Origin: Alphaproteobacteria bacterium
GTDB taxonomy: Bacteria; Pseudomonadota; Alphaproteobacteria; Micropepsales; Micropepsaceae
Assembly: GCA_031413635.1 (NCBI GenBank)
Contig: JANOFM010000298.1
Location: forward strand, 1,107 to 65,106
Length of the DNA: 64,000 nucleotides
Direction of reading: 5' to 3'
Of the stretch, positions 18,588 through 27,274 are shown one piece after another. The notes beneath the pieces are model-generated. The model was not told where the DNA came from. It was given only the letters and a program-made list of their open reading frames with translations, and searched no databases. Both the position numbers and the translations under genes were made by a program. Each line of letters begins with the position of its first letter. The stretch's first letter is position 1.

Positions 18588-20096
18588 TCAGATCCGTTGA
18601 TCGTAAGCCCCGACAAGCGCGTTCCCCGACAAGCGCGCGTCGATATCCGCGAACATGCCGCGCATGCGCGCCTCCGACACCGGGCTTTCGACCACGACGA
18701 CGAGGCTGGGCTTGTTCGACGACGCGCGCACCAAGCCCCAGGTGCCGTCTTCCAGTGTTACGCGCGCGCCGTTGACGGTCACCAGACTGCGGATCGCAAG
18801 ACCCATGATCTTTTCGCCGCGCGCTTGAGCCGTTTGATATGCGGCGGTGATTTCATCGACGACGCCGTATTTCTTGTCGTCGGCGCAGTGCGGTGCCATC
18901 GTCGGCGAGCCGTAAGTCACGGGCAGGCTGTCGTAGAGCGCCGCCATAGTCGTGCCGCCGGCCCGATCGAGCATTTGCAGCACGGCGATGGCCGCCACGA
19001 TGCCGTCGTCATAACCGCGCCCGACCGGCGGGTTGAAGAAATAGTGCCCGCTCTTCTCAAAGCCCGCTTGCGCTTTCAACTCATGCGCGCGGCGTTTGAT
19101 ATAGGAGTGTCCTGTCTTCCAATATTCTGTCTTCACGCCGTTCGCGATTAGGACGGGATCGGTCATGAACAACCCCGTCGACTTCACATCAACGACAAAG
19201 CGCGCCTCCTTCTGCCGCGATGAAATATCGCGCGCCAGCAACACTCCCACCTTGTCGGCGAAAATCTCGCGGCCCAGATTGTCGACCACGCCGCAGCGGT
19301 CGCCGTCGCCGTCGAAGGCAAGACCCACGTCGGCGCCATGGCTCTTCACCGCCTCGGCCAGCGCGTGCAGCATCCTCATGTCTTCGGGATTGGGATTATA
19401 GCGCGGGAAGGTGTAGTCGAGGTTCGCGTCGAGCGGCACGACCTCAGCCCCGATGCGCGAAAGCGCTTCGGGCACGAACGCGCCGGCGGTTCCATTGCCG
19501 CACGCGGCGATCACCTTGATCGGACGCGACAGTCGCTTGCCCGACGTTACGTCGTCGAGATATTTCGCGCGTATGCTCTCAATGACGCGATAGCTGCCGC
19601 CGCTGCGCGCCCGCGCCTGACCCTCCAATGTGATGCGTTTCAACGCCGTCATCTCGTCGGGGCCGAAGGTCAGCGGCCGCGCCGCGCCCATCTTGACCCC
19701 CGTCCAGCCGTTTTCGTTATGGCTTGCCGTCACCATGGCGACACACGGCGCGTCCAATGCGAACTGCGAATAATAGGCGACCGGCGACAACGCCAAACCG
19801 ACATCGAGCACTTCGGCCCCACCGCTCATCAAGCCCAACGCCAACGCCTGCTTCACGCTCAGCGAATACGACCGATAGTCGTGCCCGACGACGATGCGCG
19901 GCGCGACGCCCATATCGTGAATAAGCGTGGCAAGGCTCAAACCCAGCGCCTGAATGCCGATCAAATTGATCTCTTGTGGGATCAACCAACGCGCGTCGTA
20001 TTCGCGAAACCCCTGCGGCGCGATCAGCGGAATGGTTTCGAATTCAAGCGTATTCGGTTTCAAGTCGGCGCGTGGGGCGGGGAACATCGATGTCAA
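18588..20096 (-). CDS. Phosphomannomutase/phosphoglucomutase (alpha-D-phosphohexomutase family)
   Basis: Active-site TASHNENGW and metal loop GLAFDGDGDR. Confidence 0.9.
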   Translation of the reverse strand: MTSMFPAPRADLKPNTLEFETIPLIAPQGFREYDARWLIPQEINLIGIQALGLSLATLIHDMGVAPRIVVGHDYRSYSLSVKQALALGLMSGGAEVLDVGLALSPVAYYSQFALDAPCVAMVTASHNENGWTGVKMGAARPLTFGPDEMTALKRITLEGQARARSGGSYRVIESIRAKYLDDVTSGKRLSRPIKVIAACGNGTAGAFVPEALSRIGAEVVPLDANLDYTFPRYNPNPEDMRMLHALAEAVKSHGADVGLAFDGDGDRCGVVDNLGREIFADKVGVLLARDISSRQKEARFVVDVKSTGLFMTDPVLIANGVKTEYWKTGHSYIKRRAHELKAQAGFEKSGHYFFNPPVGRGYDDGIVAAIAVLQMLDRAGGTTMAALYDSLPVTYGSPTMAPHCADDKKYGVVDEITAAYQTAQARGEKIMGLAIRSLVTVNGARVTLEDGTWGLVRASSNKPSLVVVVESPVSEARMRGMFADIDARLSGNALVGAYDQRI

Positions 20097-20629
20097 CCTC
20101 GAAGCGCGGCAAGGAACTGCGCGACCGCTGCATACAGCGGACCATCATTCGTCACAACCACATCGGGGTCGAACACGCCCTCGCGTGTCAGGCGCGGCCC
20201 GATCTCGGCCTCGCCCTCGCGCCCGCGCGCCGTCAATCGCGCGGAGAGAATGCCGGGCGCCGCCGTCACTTCGATGGCGCGTGCAGGTGCAAATCGAACG
20301 CGCGCCGCCGCCACGACCGAGCGCGAGACGTTGACGACGACATGCGTGCCTCGATCCAGCGCGCCCTCGATCGAGGCCGGCACCCCATAGGCCAATCCAT
20401 GCGCCCGCCAGCTCAGGGCAAATTGTCCGGCGCGTTCGCTCGCTTGGAAGGTGCTTTCGCCCATCGCAATGTGATCTTCGGCGTCGTCGCTGGCGGGGCG
20501 CGTGATGGCGCGGCGCGGAAACAGATGCGCCCCCGCCGGTTCAAGCATCGACCGCGCCGCGCCGATCAAAGTGTCCTTCCCCGCACCCGACGGTCCGGCG
20601 ACCAGAAACAAGGTGCCGCGCACGCTCAA
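20093..20629 (-). CDS. phnN: Ribose 1,5-bisphosphate phosphokinase PhnN (guanylate-kinase-like)
   Basis: P-loop LVAGPSGAGKDTL, with GLAYGVP and VVNVSR motifs. A TTG at 20629 (or GTG at 20623) overlaps the upstream stop. The longer ORF-track N-terminus (up to 21256) is an out-of-frame overlap artefact. Confidence 0.8.
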   Translation of the reverse strand: MSVRGTLFLVAGPSGAGKDTLIGAARSMLEPAGAHLFPRRAITRPASDDAEDHIAMGESTFQASERAGQFALSWRAHGLAYGVPASIEGALDRGTHVVVNVSRSVVAAARVRFAPARAIEVTAAPGILSARLTARGREGEAEIGPRLTREGVFDPDVVVTNDGPLYAAVAQFLAALRG

Positions 20630-21312
20630 TCTTTGAGAACGAGTTCGTCGGACTCGATCGCGAATTTCGATAGCGTCGTGAAGAAACTCATGCCCAGCAG
20701 CGATCCGGACAAGCCGCGCGACACGGCGGCGCGCACGTCGTTGCGTACGATCGAGCCAACGCGAACCTCGTCCAACGTGACCGGCGCCGCCATCGCCTGT
20801 CCGTTCGCCGTCGACACCACCATCGTATAATCGAGCTGCTCGGGGTCGAGGCCGGCACGCTCCGCATCCGCTTCGCTCAACACCACCATGCTGGCGCCCG
20901 TGTCGACCAGCATGCGTATTTCCGTTCCGTTGATATCGGCGTCGGCATAGAAATGTCTGTCGTCGGCCATCCGCAGCACCACTTCGGCGCTCGAGCGTTG
21001 CACCGGCATCGCCGGGTTGATCTCGCCCGCGACGCGTTGCCAGATCGCCGTGACATCGTCGCGAAAGCTGTAGGCCAACACCAACCCGAACCCGATCGCG
21101 ACCCAAAGGAAGGTGTATCGTAACGCTTGGCTGACCGAGCCTCGCCACCCCAAGATGAGCGAACTCGTCATCAACACCAGCATCGTGATCGAAGCGGCAA
21201 GCCGCGCCGAACCTTCGTACGTGCCGAATACGAACCCGCTGCCCGAAGCGACCCAAAAGATCAGCCCGGTGATGACGATCAAAACGACGATGAGGGCGAT
21301 GACTCTGTTCAT
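20626..21312 (-). CDS. Membrane-anchored retropepsin-like (clan AA) aspartic protease
   Basis: Three N-terminal TM segments followed by the MLVDTGASMVVLS catalytic motif, resembling the TIGR02281-type family. Confidence 0.8.
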   Translation of the reverse strand: MNRVIALIVVLIVITGLIFWVASGSGFVFGTYEGSARLAASITMLVLMTSSLILGWRGSVSQALRYTFLWVAIGFGLVLAYSFRDDVTAIWQRVAGEINPAMPVQRSSAEVVLRMADDRHFYADADINGTEIRMLVDTGASMVVLSEADAERAGLDPEQLDYTMVVSTANGQAMAAPVTLDEVRVGSIVRNDVRAAVSRGLSGSLLGMSFFTTLSKFAIESDELVLKD

Positions 21313-21409
21313 GGCCTCACTCTAGCTGAAAGCTTGGAAATCCTCGATGAACGTAGTTTAAACATAAAAAAATGTTAAAATTGACGAAACACATTAACAG
21401 ATGTAAATT

Positions 21410-22300
21410 ATGGGAATGTCCAACTCGACGACCTTGCCCTTTGCCTGGAGCGCCGTGCGCGCCGCCGCGGCGCTTCCCACGCTCGACCCTGGCTGGGTTT
21501 GGCTCGTCGGGGCAGGTCCGGGCGATCCGGGCTTGTTGACGCTGCATGCGCTAAACGCGCTTCAACAGGCGGACATCATTGTCTACGACGCGCTCGTCGA
21601 TGAAGCGATCCTGAAGCTCGCGCGCACCGGCGCCGGTATCGAATACGCCGGCAAGCGGGGCGGCAAGGCGAGCCCCAAGCAACGCGACATTTCTCTGCGC
21701 CTGATCGAACTTGCCCGCGGCGGTAAGCGGGTGGTGCGCTTGAAGGGCGGCGATCCGTTCCTGTTCGGACGCGGCGGCGAAGAAGCGCTCGCCCTCGTGG
21801 CGGCGCAAATCCCCTTTCGCATTGTGCCGGGTGTGAGCGCGGGCATAGGAGGCCTCGCCTACGCGGGCATCCCCGTCACCCATCGCGACGTCAATCATGC
21901 GGTGACCTTTGTCACCGGACACATGGCGGGCGGCGAGGTACCCGACACCATCAACTGGCGCGCACTGGGCGAAGGCTCGCCGGTGATCGTGATCTACATG
22001 GGATTGAAACACTTGCCGCGTATCTCGGCCGAACTGATTGCAGCGGGACGAAGCGGCGATGAACCGGTCGCCATCGTCAGCCAAGCAACGACCGATCGAC
22101 AGCAAGTCCTGGAAACGACGCTATCGCGCGCCGCCTTTGACGCGGAACAAAGCGCCATCCCGGCCCCCGCACTGATCGTGGTGGGCCAAGCGGTGCGCTT
22201 GCGCGCCGGCCTCGACTGGCTCTCTGCCGCACTCCACGGCCGCAAGCTCGATCCCAACCCGCTGGGCCAGGAAAGTCCCGCCGCCAAACGCGCAGGATAG
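21410..22300 (+). CDS. cobA: Uroporphyrinogen-III C-methyltransferase (SUMT)
   Basis: VWLVGAGPGDPGLLTL and the tetrapyrrole methylase fold pattern. Confidence 0.85.
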   Translation: MGMSNSTTLPFAWSAVRAAAALPTLDPGWVWLVGAGPGDPGLLTLHALNALQQADIIVYDALVDEAILKLARTGAGIEYAGKRGGKASPKQRDISLRLIELARGGKRVVRLKGGDPFLFGRGGEEALALVAAQIPFRIVPGVSAGIGGLAYAGIPVTHRDVNHAVTFVTGHMAGGEVPDTINWRALGEGSPVIVIYMGLKHLPRISAELIAAGRSGDEPVAIVSQATTDRQQVLETTLSRAAFDAEQSAIPAPALIVVGQAVRLRAGLDWLSAALHGRKLDPNPLGQESPAAKRAG

Positions 22301-22341
22301 ACGCGCGAATCCTTCTTCCCCAACCCTCGCCGCCGTTCGGC

Positions 22342-22836
22342 TCAATCCACCTTGAACTCGAACTCGCCTTCGTAGCCCCAATACCAATAGCGCACCTGGT
22401 AGTCCTCGCCGGCGCGATAACGTGTCCCCGCGAGCGCGATGGAATAGAATTCCTCCAGCGTCTTGCCCGACGGCAGCACCGCGCCGGTCTCGCTGATCGG
22501 GCAGATATCTTCGGCCACCTTGCTTTGTATCAACTCGCCGCCGCGGTTGAAAACCTGCCAGCGAAAGATCTTGCAAGCAGACCCCACCGACAGGGTGACC
22601 GGATCGCGCGTATTGTTGCGCAACGTCACCTTCACCTGAATCACCGCGGGCTCCGCGCCCGCGAACGACAGGTGCTCGCGGTTCGGCTCAATCGACAAGT
22701 TCATGTCGTTCTCGAGAAACCCGAGCCCGCCGCCCGCCGCCGCATATCCCAACGCGCCGATGAACGCGACCCAGATCACCATGCGCAGCATGTATTGCCG
22801 CCAGTCCGGCGCGGGCGCTTGCGGCAAGGGGTTCAT
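22342..22836 (-). CDS. Hypothetical TM-anchored beta-sandwich protein (tentatively BsuPI-inhibitor-like)
   Basis: One TM segment followed by a beta-rich domain (VKVTLRNNTRDPVTLSVGSACKIFRWQVFNRGGELI). It starts 5 nt after the MFS stop. Confidence 0.55.
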   Translation of the reverse strand: MNPLPQAPAPDWRQYMLRMVIWVAFIGALGYAAAGGGLGFLENDMNLSIEPNREHLSFAGAEPAVIQVKVTLRNNTRDPVTLSVGSACKIFRWQVFNRGGELIQSKVAEDICPISETGAVLPSGKTLEEFYSIALAGTRYRAGEDYQVRYWYWGYEGEFEFKVD

Positions 22837-22841
22837 CGCCG

Positions 22842-24125
22842 TCAGCCCGCTTGCTTGGCGGGCTTGGCGTCGGTCTCAACGTAGTCGAGATCGACCGAGA
22901 ACGTCTCGCGCAACATCACCAGCGCATAGAGCGCCAAGACCGCAACCAGCAATCCGACAATTTCCGCCGCGTTGACGATTCCGACATCGGGCCGGAGATA
23001 GGCAAACAGAGCCACGATCGGCACCGTCGCCCCGCGCACGAAATTCGGCACCGAGGTCGCAACCGTCGCGCGCAGATTGGTGCCGAACTGTTCGGCTGCG
23101 ACCGTCACCAACATCGCCCAATAGGCCGTGAAGAAGCCGACGATGAAGATCCAACTATAGAGCGTCGCCGCACTCGAGATCGGCGCATGGAATACCGCGG
23201 CCAACGACGCCAGCGTGCCGATCAGGAATATCCCCACCGCTTGTTTGCGGCTGCGCAACCACTGACTGAGCAGCCCATTGGCGACACTGCCCAGCGTGAT
23301 GCCGCAATAGAACCAAAACACCGACGTGCCGGTGATGATCGTCTCGCCTATGCCGAGCGCGACGGCAAGTTCCGGCGAGAACGTCACGACGATGGCCAGC
23401 GAATACCAAATCGGCAATCCGACCAGGATGGAATTGACATAGCGCCCGAAGCGATCCCACGAGGTGAACAGCATGAAAAAATTGCCGCGCGAAACATGAC
23501 CCTGTCCCGCCAGCGCCTTGAAGATCCCAGACTCCGCCACCGACATGCGCAACGCCAGCAACGACAGGCCGAGAAGGCCGCCGACGATGTAAGCCCAGCG
23601 CCAAGAGAAGTACTCGTAGACCAAGGCCGCCGCCACCGCGCCCGCAACGCCGGTCGCGACAACGATGGTCGTGCCGTAACCGCGCGTGTTCTTGGGCAAC
23701 AACTCCGACACCAGCGTAATGCCGCCGCCGATCTCGCCCGCAAGGCCGACGCCCGTGATGAACCGCAACAGCGCGTATTGGTCGATCGGCGAAATGACGG
23801 CATCCACGCCCGGCCCGAATTGCCCGACGAAGCCGTTCAAAATATTGCCGACCGAATAAAGCAGGATCGACCCGAACAACAGCTCGATGCGCCCGACCTT
23901 GTCGCCGATCACGCCCCACAACACGCCGCCGACCAAAAACCCGCCCATCTGCATGTTGAGCAGATAGCCGCCGACGGTCACCAGTTCGTCGCCGGAAAGC
24001 CCGAGGTCCGTCAGGCTGGGCACCCGCAGGATCGAAAACAGGATCAGGTCGTAAACATCGACGAAATAGCCGAGCGCGGACACAAGAATGGCAAGGCGAA
24101 TGTTGTTCGTCATCGGTGGACGCAT
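22842..24125 (-). CDS. MFS transporter
   Basis: 12-TM pattern. The start is ambiguous, with ATGs at 24125 and 24113. The track start at 24203 adds an Arg/Ser-rich extension that is unlikely to be real. Confidence 0.8.
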   Translation of the reverse strand: MRPPMTNNIRLAILVSALGYFVDVYDLILFSILRVPSLTDLGLSGDELVTVGGYLLNMQMGGFLVGGVLWGVIGDKVGRIELLFGSILLYSVGNILNGFVGQFGPGVDAVISPIDQYALLRFITGVGLAGEIGGGITLVSELLPKNTRGYGTTIVVATGVAGAVAAALVYEYFSWRWAYIVGGLLGLSLLALRMSVAESGIFKALAGQGHVSRGNFFMLFTSWDRFGRYVNSILVGLPIWYSLAIVVTFSPELAVALGIGETIITGTSVFWFYCGITLGSVANGLLSQWLRSRKQAVGIFLIGTLASLAAVFHAPISSAATLYSWIFIVGFFTAYWAMLVTVAAEQFGTNLRATVATSVPNFVRGATVPIVALFAYLRPDVGIVNAAEIVGLLVAVLALYALVMLRETFSVDLDYVETDAKPAKQAG

Positions 24126-24250
24126 CCCGCAGGTCGATTGTGGTCTATGACGCGCCGCCGACGATCCCCTCGAACCGAAGCAGCGCCCGAGAAGAAACCA
24201 CAATGCGTTGACCGCGCCGCCGCATCAAGGGTGCGCTGCATCGGACAAAT

Positions 24251-24361
24251 CCCCGTGGGTCCCGGGCGCCAGTCGGGCCGACTGCCGAAGAGTTGGCTTG
24301 CGAGACTTAAGACCGGAGATTCAGGAGTGGTGCGCCTGGCACCCGGACTCCACGGGTCCCC
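24251..24361 (-). other. Long imperfect inverted repeat (structured RNA element) in the MFS leader
   Basis: CCCCGTGGGTCCCGGGCGCC (24251..24270) pairs at about 17 of 20 positions with GGCACCCGGACTCCACGGGTCCCC (24338..24361). The arms enclose a perfect CAGTCG-GGC-CGACTG hairpin at 24270..24284. Confidence 0.35.
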
Positions 24362-24408
24362 GCGTCCCGCACTGTCACCGTCGTTTCATTTTGCCAACGC
24401 ATCGCCCT

Positions 24409-24894
24409 TCATAAGTCCTTCGGCGTCAGCTTGGCACGCAGCTCTCGCACGCGATCGAGCAGCGGCTGCAGCGCTTCGACCCCTGCGCCGTGGTCGAACT
24501 TTACCGTCTTGGTGCCGCCCGGACCAACGACAGACAGGGACTCGGCCCCACCATCGGCGCAATCCGGACAGCCGATCACGTCCGGCAAACCATCGAATTT
24601 TGCGGCCTTGGCGAGACGCACAATCTCTTGCCATTCGCTGGCGCTAAGGGATGTCGTTGCGCGCTGCGCGGGAAGATTTGCGCCATCGCCGCGCCCCCCG
24701 CCCTCGCGCACCAGCACGGCTTGCCCTGCCGAAATCTCAAGCCGCGTCGAACAATAACCCACGCACATGCCGAACGACGTCGTCGACACCACGCGCTCGA
24801 CGCCGCTCGCAGCCGTCGTCCCGCTATCGCAGGCCGCAACGCCCAGAGCCACCGCGAGGGCAACGACCAATCCAAAACGCGCTCGAAAGTTCAT
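24409..24894 (-). CDS. Hypothetical lipoprotein
   Basis: Signal peptide with the lipobox LGVAAC. The mature part has two Cys pairs (CVGYC, CPDC). Confidence 0.6.
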   Translation of the reverse strand: MNFRARFGLVVALAVALGVAACDSGTTAASGVERVVSTTSFGMCVGYCSTRLEISAGQAVLVREGGGRGDGANLPAQRATTSLSASEWQEIVRLAKAAKFDGLPDVIGCPDCADGGAESLSVVGPGGTKTVKFDHGAGVEALQPLLDRVRELRAKLTPKDL

Positions 24895-25065
24895 CGCCTA
24901 CTCCTGAAACTCAGGTGACAGCATAGCAATTTCCGGGATCGCACTATTGCGGAATGTCTATTGTACCGCCGAATTCCCTTGCTCTGGCAGCCGGCGCTCC
25001 CAAGAACCCGGACGAGATAAGTTCTGGACGCTGGTCCCCCGGCATCCCGAAAACCAAGATTTTCT

Positions 25066-25093
25066 TTGACAAGTTCACGAAATGTTCTATCCT
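25066..25093 (+). promoter_or_regulatory. Sigma70-like promoter candidate (TTGACA-N16-TATCCT)
   Basis: A perfect -35 hexamer at 25066..25071 and a -10-like TATCCT at 25088..25093, 35 nt upstream of the ATG at 25128. Confidence 0.35.
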
Positions 25094-25127
25094 CGCACGC
25101 ACCCTCCGAAACAACGGTCCACCGGCG

Positions 25128-26288
25128 ATGTCTCCATGGGAGAGCCTTGCCCTCGTCCATCGTCAGGCGCTGCTCGACGACGGGCAAGTGACACCGGCTG
25201 CACCGGGCCCCCAGTCGCTCATCGACCGCGCCCGCGCGCTCATCGCCCGCTACCTGGCCGAGCCGCCCGCCGCCATCGACACGCTGATCTTCTGGTGCCT
25301 GCACACCTGGGCGCACGCGCGTTTCGATGTGTCCCCGCGTCTCATTCTGCACGGGCGCGATCCGCGCGCTGATCATGGACGGGCGCTGCGTCTGCTGCGC
25401 TGGCTGACCCCGAACCCGCGCCTCGTCTCGCGCGCGACGGCAAGCACGGTTCTCGATCTGCTTGCGCACGAACGCCCGACGCTGCTGTTCGACGATGCGG
25501 CAAACGCCATCCTGTTGCGCCGCGACATGCGCGTGCTGATCGCGGCGGGTGCGCGCCAGGACGGCATGTTCCTCGGCCAACGCGGCCGGCGCAAGGGGTC
25601 CGCCTTTCGTCGCTGCGCCGCGCCACTCGCGCTTGCGACCAGCCTTCCGCCGCCCGAAACCGTGCTGGCGCATGCGATCGTTCTGCCGATGGCGCCCGCA
25701 CTCGTCGGCGGCGGTGCCGAGCGGCCCGCAATCGGCGAGCCGCCCGACGATGCACGTGCCCTCCGCGCGGAAATTCAAGCCTTTGCCCAACACCTCGCAC
25801 AGCGCGACCTCGCGCTCACCGCGCCGCTGCCGCCGTTCCTGTCGGCTTCGGCGCGCGAAACTTGGGCGCCGCTCTTTGCGCTCGCCCACGCCATCGGCGG
25901 CGAGGCGGAGGCTTCGATTCGCGCCGCCGCAAGCCAGTTCGCCTCGCCCGAGCATCTGGAGCCGCCGACCTCGGCGCTCGCCCTGCTGCGCGCCATCCGC
26001 CGCCTCGCCGGCATTGACGGCCAACCGGTGTCGAGCAAGTTACTTGTTGAGCAGCTGACCGGCGATCCGGACGGTCCCTGGGTCGCCTGCGATTGGGGCG
26101 CCAAACTGACTCCGCGCGGAATCGCCCAACGCCTGGCCCGCTTCGACCTCAAGCCTCAAATCATCCACCCGGCGAACGCACCGTCGTTCCGGGGATACAA
26201 GGCCGACGCTTTGCTCAACGCGTTCGCGCGCTATCTCGACGATCCCGTTGCGATCGCGGTTTTGCGGTGCGAGGGGAGGGCGGAATAA
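25128..26288 (+). CDS. DUF3631-like protein (a family usually found in phage/integrative-element replication modules), orphan copy
   Basis: The C-terminal KLTPRGIAQRLARFDLKP...FRGYKADALLNAFARYL matches my memory of the DUF3631 consensus. The ATG at 25128 is preferred over the track start at 24954. Confidence 0.6.
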   Translation: MSPWESLALVHRQALLDDGQVTPAAPGPQSLIDRARALIARYLAEPPAAIDTLIFWCLHTWAHARFDVSPRLILHGRDPRADHGRALRLLRWLTPNPRLVSRATASTVLDLLAHERPTLLFDDAANAILLRRDMRVLIAAGARQDGMFLGQRGRRKGSAFRRCAAPLALATSLPPPETVLAHAIVLPMAPALVGGGAERPAIGEPPDDARALRAEIQAFAQHLAQRDLALTAPLPPFLSASARETWAPLFALAHAIGGEAEASIRAAASQFASPEHLEPPTSALALLRAIRRLAGIDGQPVSSKLLVEQLTGDPDGPWVACDWGAKLTPRGIAQRLARFDLKPQIIHPANAPSFRGYKADALLNAFARYLDDPVAIAVLRCEGRAE

Positions 26289-26369
26289 CGGATGCCGAAC
26301 GCATTTCGAACGGATTCCGAACGGCAAGAACCGCGGAAATCAGCGGCGCGAACGGATATAACGGATTCG
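26286..26369. repeat. Array of six RAACGSAT direct repeats, the first four at exact 11-bp phasing
   Basis: TAACGGATGCC, GAACGCATTTC, GAACGGATTCC and GAACGGCAAGA start at 26286, 26297, 26308 and 26319. GAACGGATAT starts at 26350 and TAACGGATTCG at 26359. Confidence 0.6.
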
Positions 26370-26411
26370 ATTTCGCAAACTTCGCAGCCGGCCTTGACCC
26401 GTTCGCCGGGT

Positions 26412-27260
26412 CTAAACCCGTTTCAAGGCCATCCAGCCCGCCGCTGTGCGCGCCTCAAGCGGACCGAAGCGCGCCTTGTAGGCCATCTTTGGGCTGCCTT
26501 CGATCCAATAGCCGAGATAGACGTAAGGCAAACCCCGAGCGCGCGCCTGCTCGATGTGGTCGAGAACCATGTGCGTGCCCAGGCTGCGCCCGCCGTGTTC
26601 GGGTCCGAAGAAGCTGTAGACCATCGACAACCCGTCGCTCAGCTGATCAGTCAACGCCACCGCGACCAGGTCGCCGGCATCGGGCCCGCCGCGATGGCGG
26701 TATTCCACCAGATGCGTTTCGACGGCGGAATCTTCGACCATCGCCACATAGTCGAACATCGTCATGTCCGACATGCCGCCACCCTCGTGACGCTCGTCCA
26801 GATAACGGCGCAGCAGCGTGAATTGCTCTTCCGTCGCCCACGGATCGACAACCTCGCCGATCAAATCTGCGTTGCGCGCGCTGACCCGTTGGAACGAGCG
26901 CGACGGCTCGAACGCGTCCACGATCACCCGCACCGAAACGCAGGCCTGACACGCCTCGCACGAAGGTTTGTAGGCGATGTTTTGGCTGCGGCGAAAGCCG
27001 GCATGGGTCAATGCGTCGTTGAGCGAACGCGCCGCCTCGCCCGACAGGCGGGTGAAAACCTTGCGCTCCATCCGGCCCGAAAGGTACGGGCAGGGGGCGG
27101 GGGAGGTCAGATAGAACTGAGGAAACCTGGTCCTCAATTGCTCGGTCAAATCGCGCAACTCCGCCAAAAACCGCCCGCGAAGCACCGCGAAGCAGTCAAC
27201 TCCGGCAAATCTCACACAGACGGGCCGCCATGAAAACAGCGTTCCGCGGAGAATTTGCAC
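26412..27260 (-). CDS. bpt: Arginyl/leucyl-tRNA--protein transferase Bpt (N-end rule aspartate/glutamate leucyltransferase)
   Basis: [39 protein letters not shown] and YVYLGYWI motifs. The true start is probably internal (TTG codons near 27160). Confidence 0.85.
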   Translation of the reverse strand: MQILRGTLFSWRPVCVRFAGVDCFAVLRGRFLAELRDLTEQLRTRFPQFYLTSPAPCPYLSGRMERKVFTRLSGEAARSLNDALTHAGFRRSQNIAYKPSCEACQACVSVRVIVDAFEPSRSFQRVSARNADLIGEVVDPWATEEQFTLLRRYLDERHEGGGMSDMTMFDYVAMVEDSAVETHLVEYRHRGGPDAGDLVAVALTDQLSDGLSMVYSFFGPEHGGRSLGTHMVLDHIEQARARGLPYVYLGYWIEGSPKMAYKARFGPLEARTAAGWMALKRV

Positions 27261-27274
27261 GCGTGAAAGTTGAG

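Noticed and set aside
20630-21256. The N-terminal 200-aa extension of the phnN ORF (track ORF 20093..21256).
   Set aside because: The extension overlaps the retropepsin-like protease gene in a different frame and is Arg/Gly-rich. PhnN homologues are about 180 aa and begin just before the P-loop, where a TTG or GTG start overlaps the upstream stop.
21313-21409. A cobalamin riboswitch upstream of cobA.
   Set aside because: The spacer is under 100 bp, AT-rich and lacks a B12-box-like sequence. It is too short for the roughly 200-nt cobalamin aptamer.
22851-24647. A 598-aa plus-strand ORF.
   Set aside because: It is antisense to the MFS transporter and the lipoprotein gene. The composition is extremely Arg/Asp/Gln-rich and no domain is recognisable.
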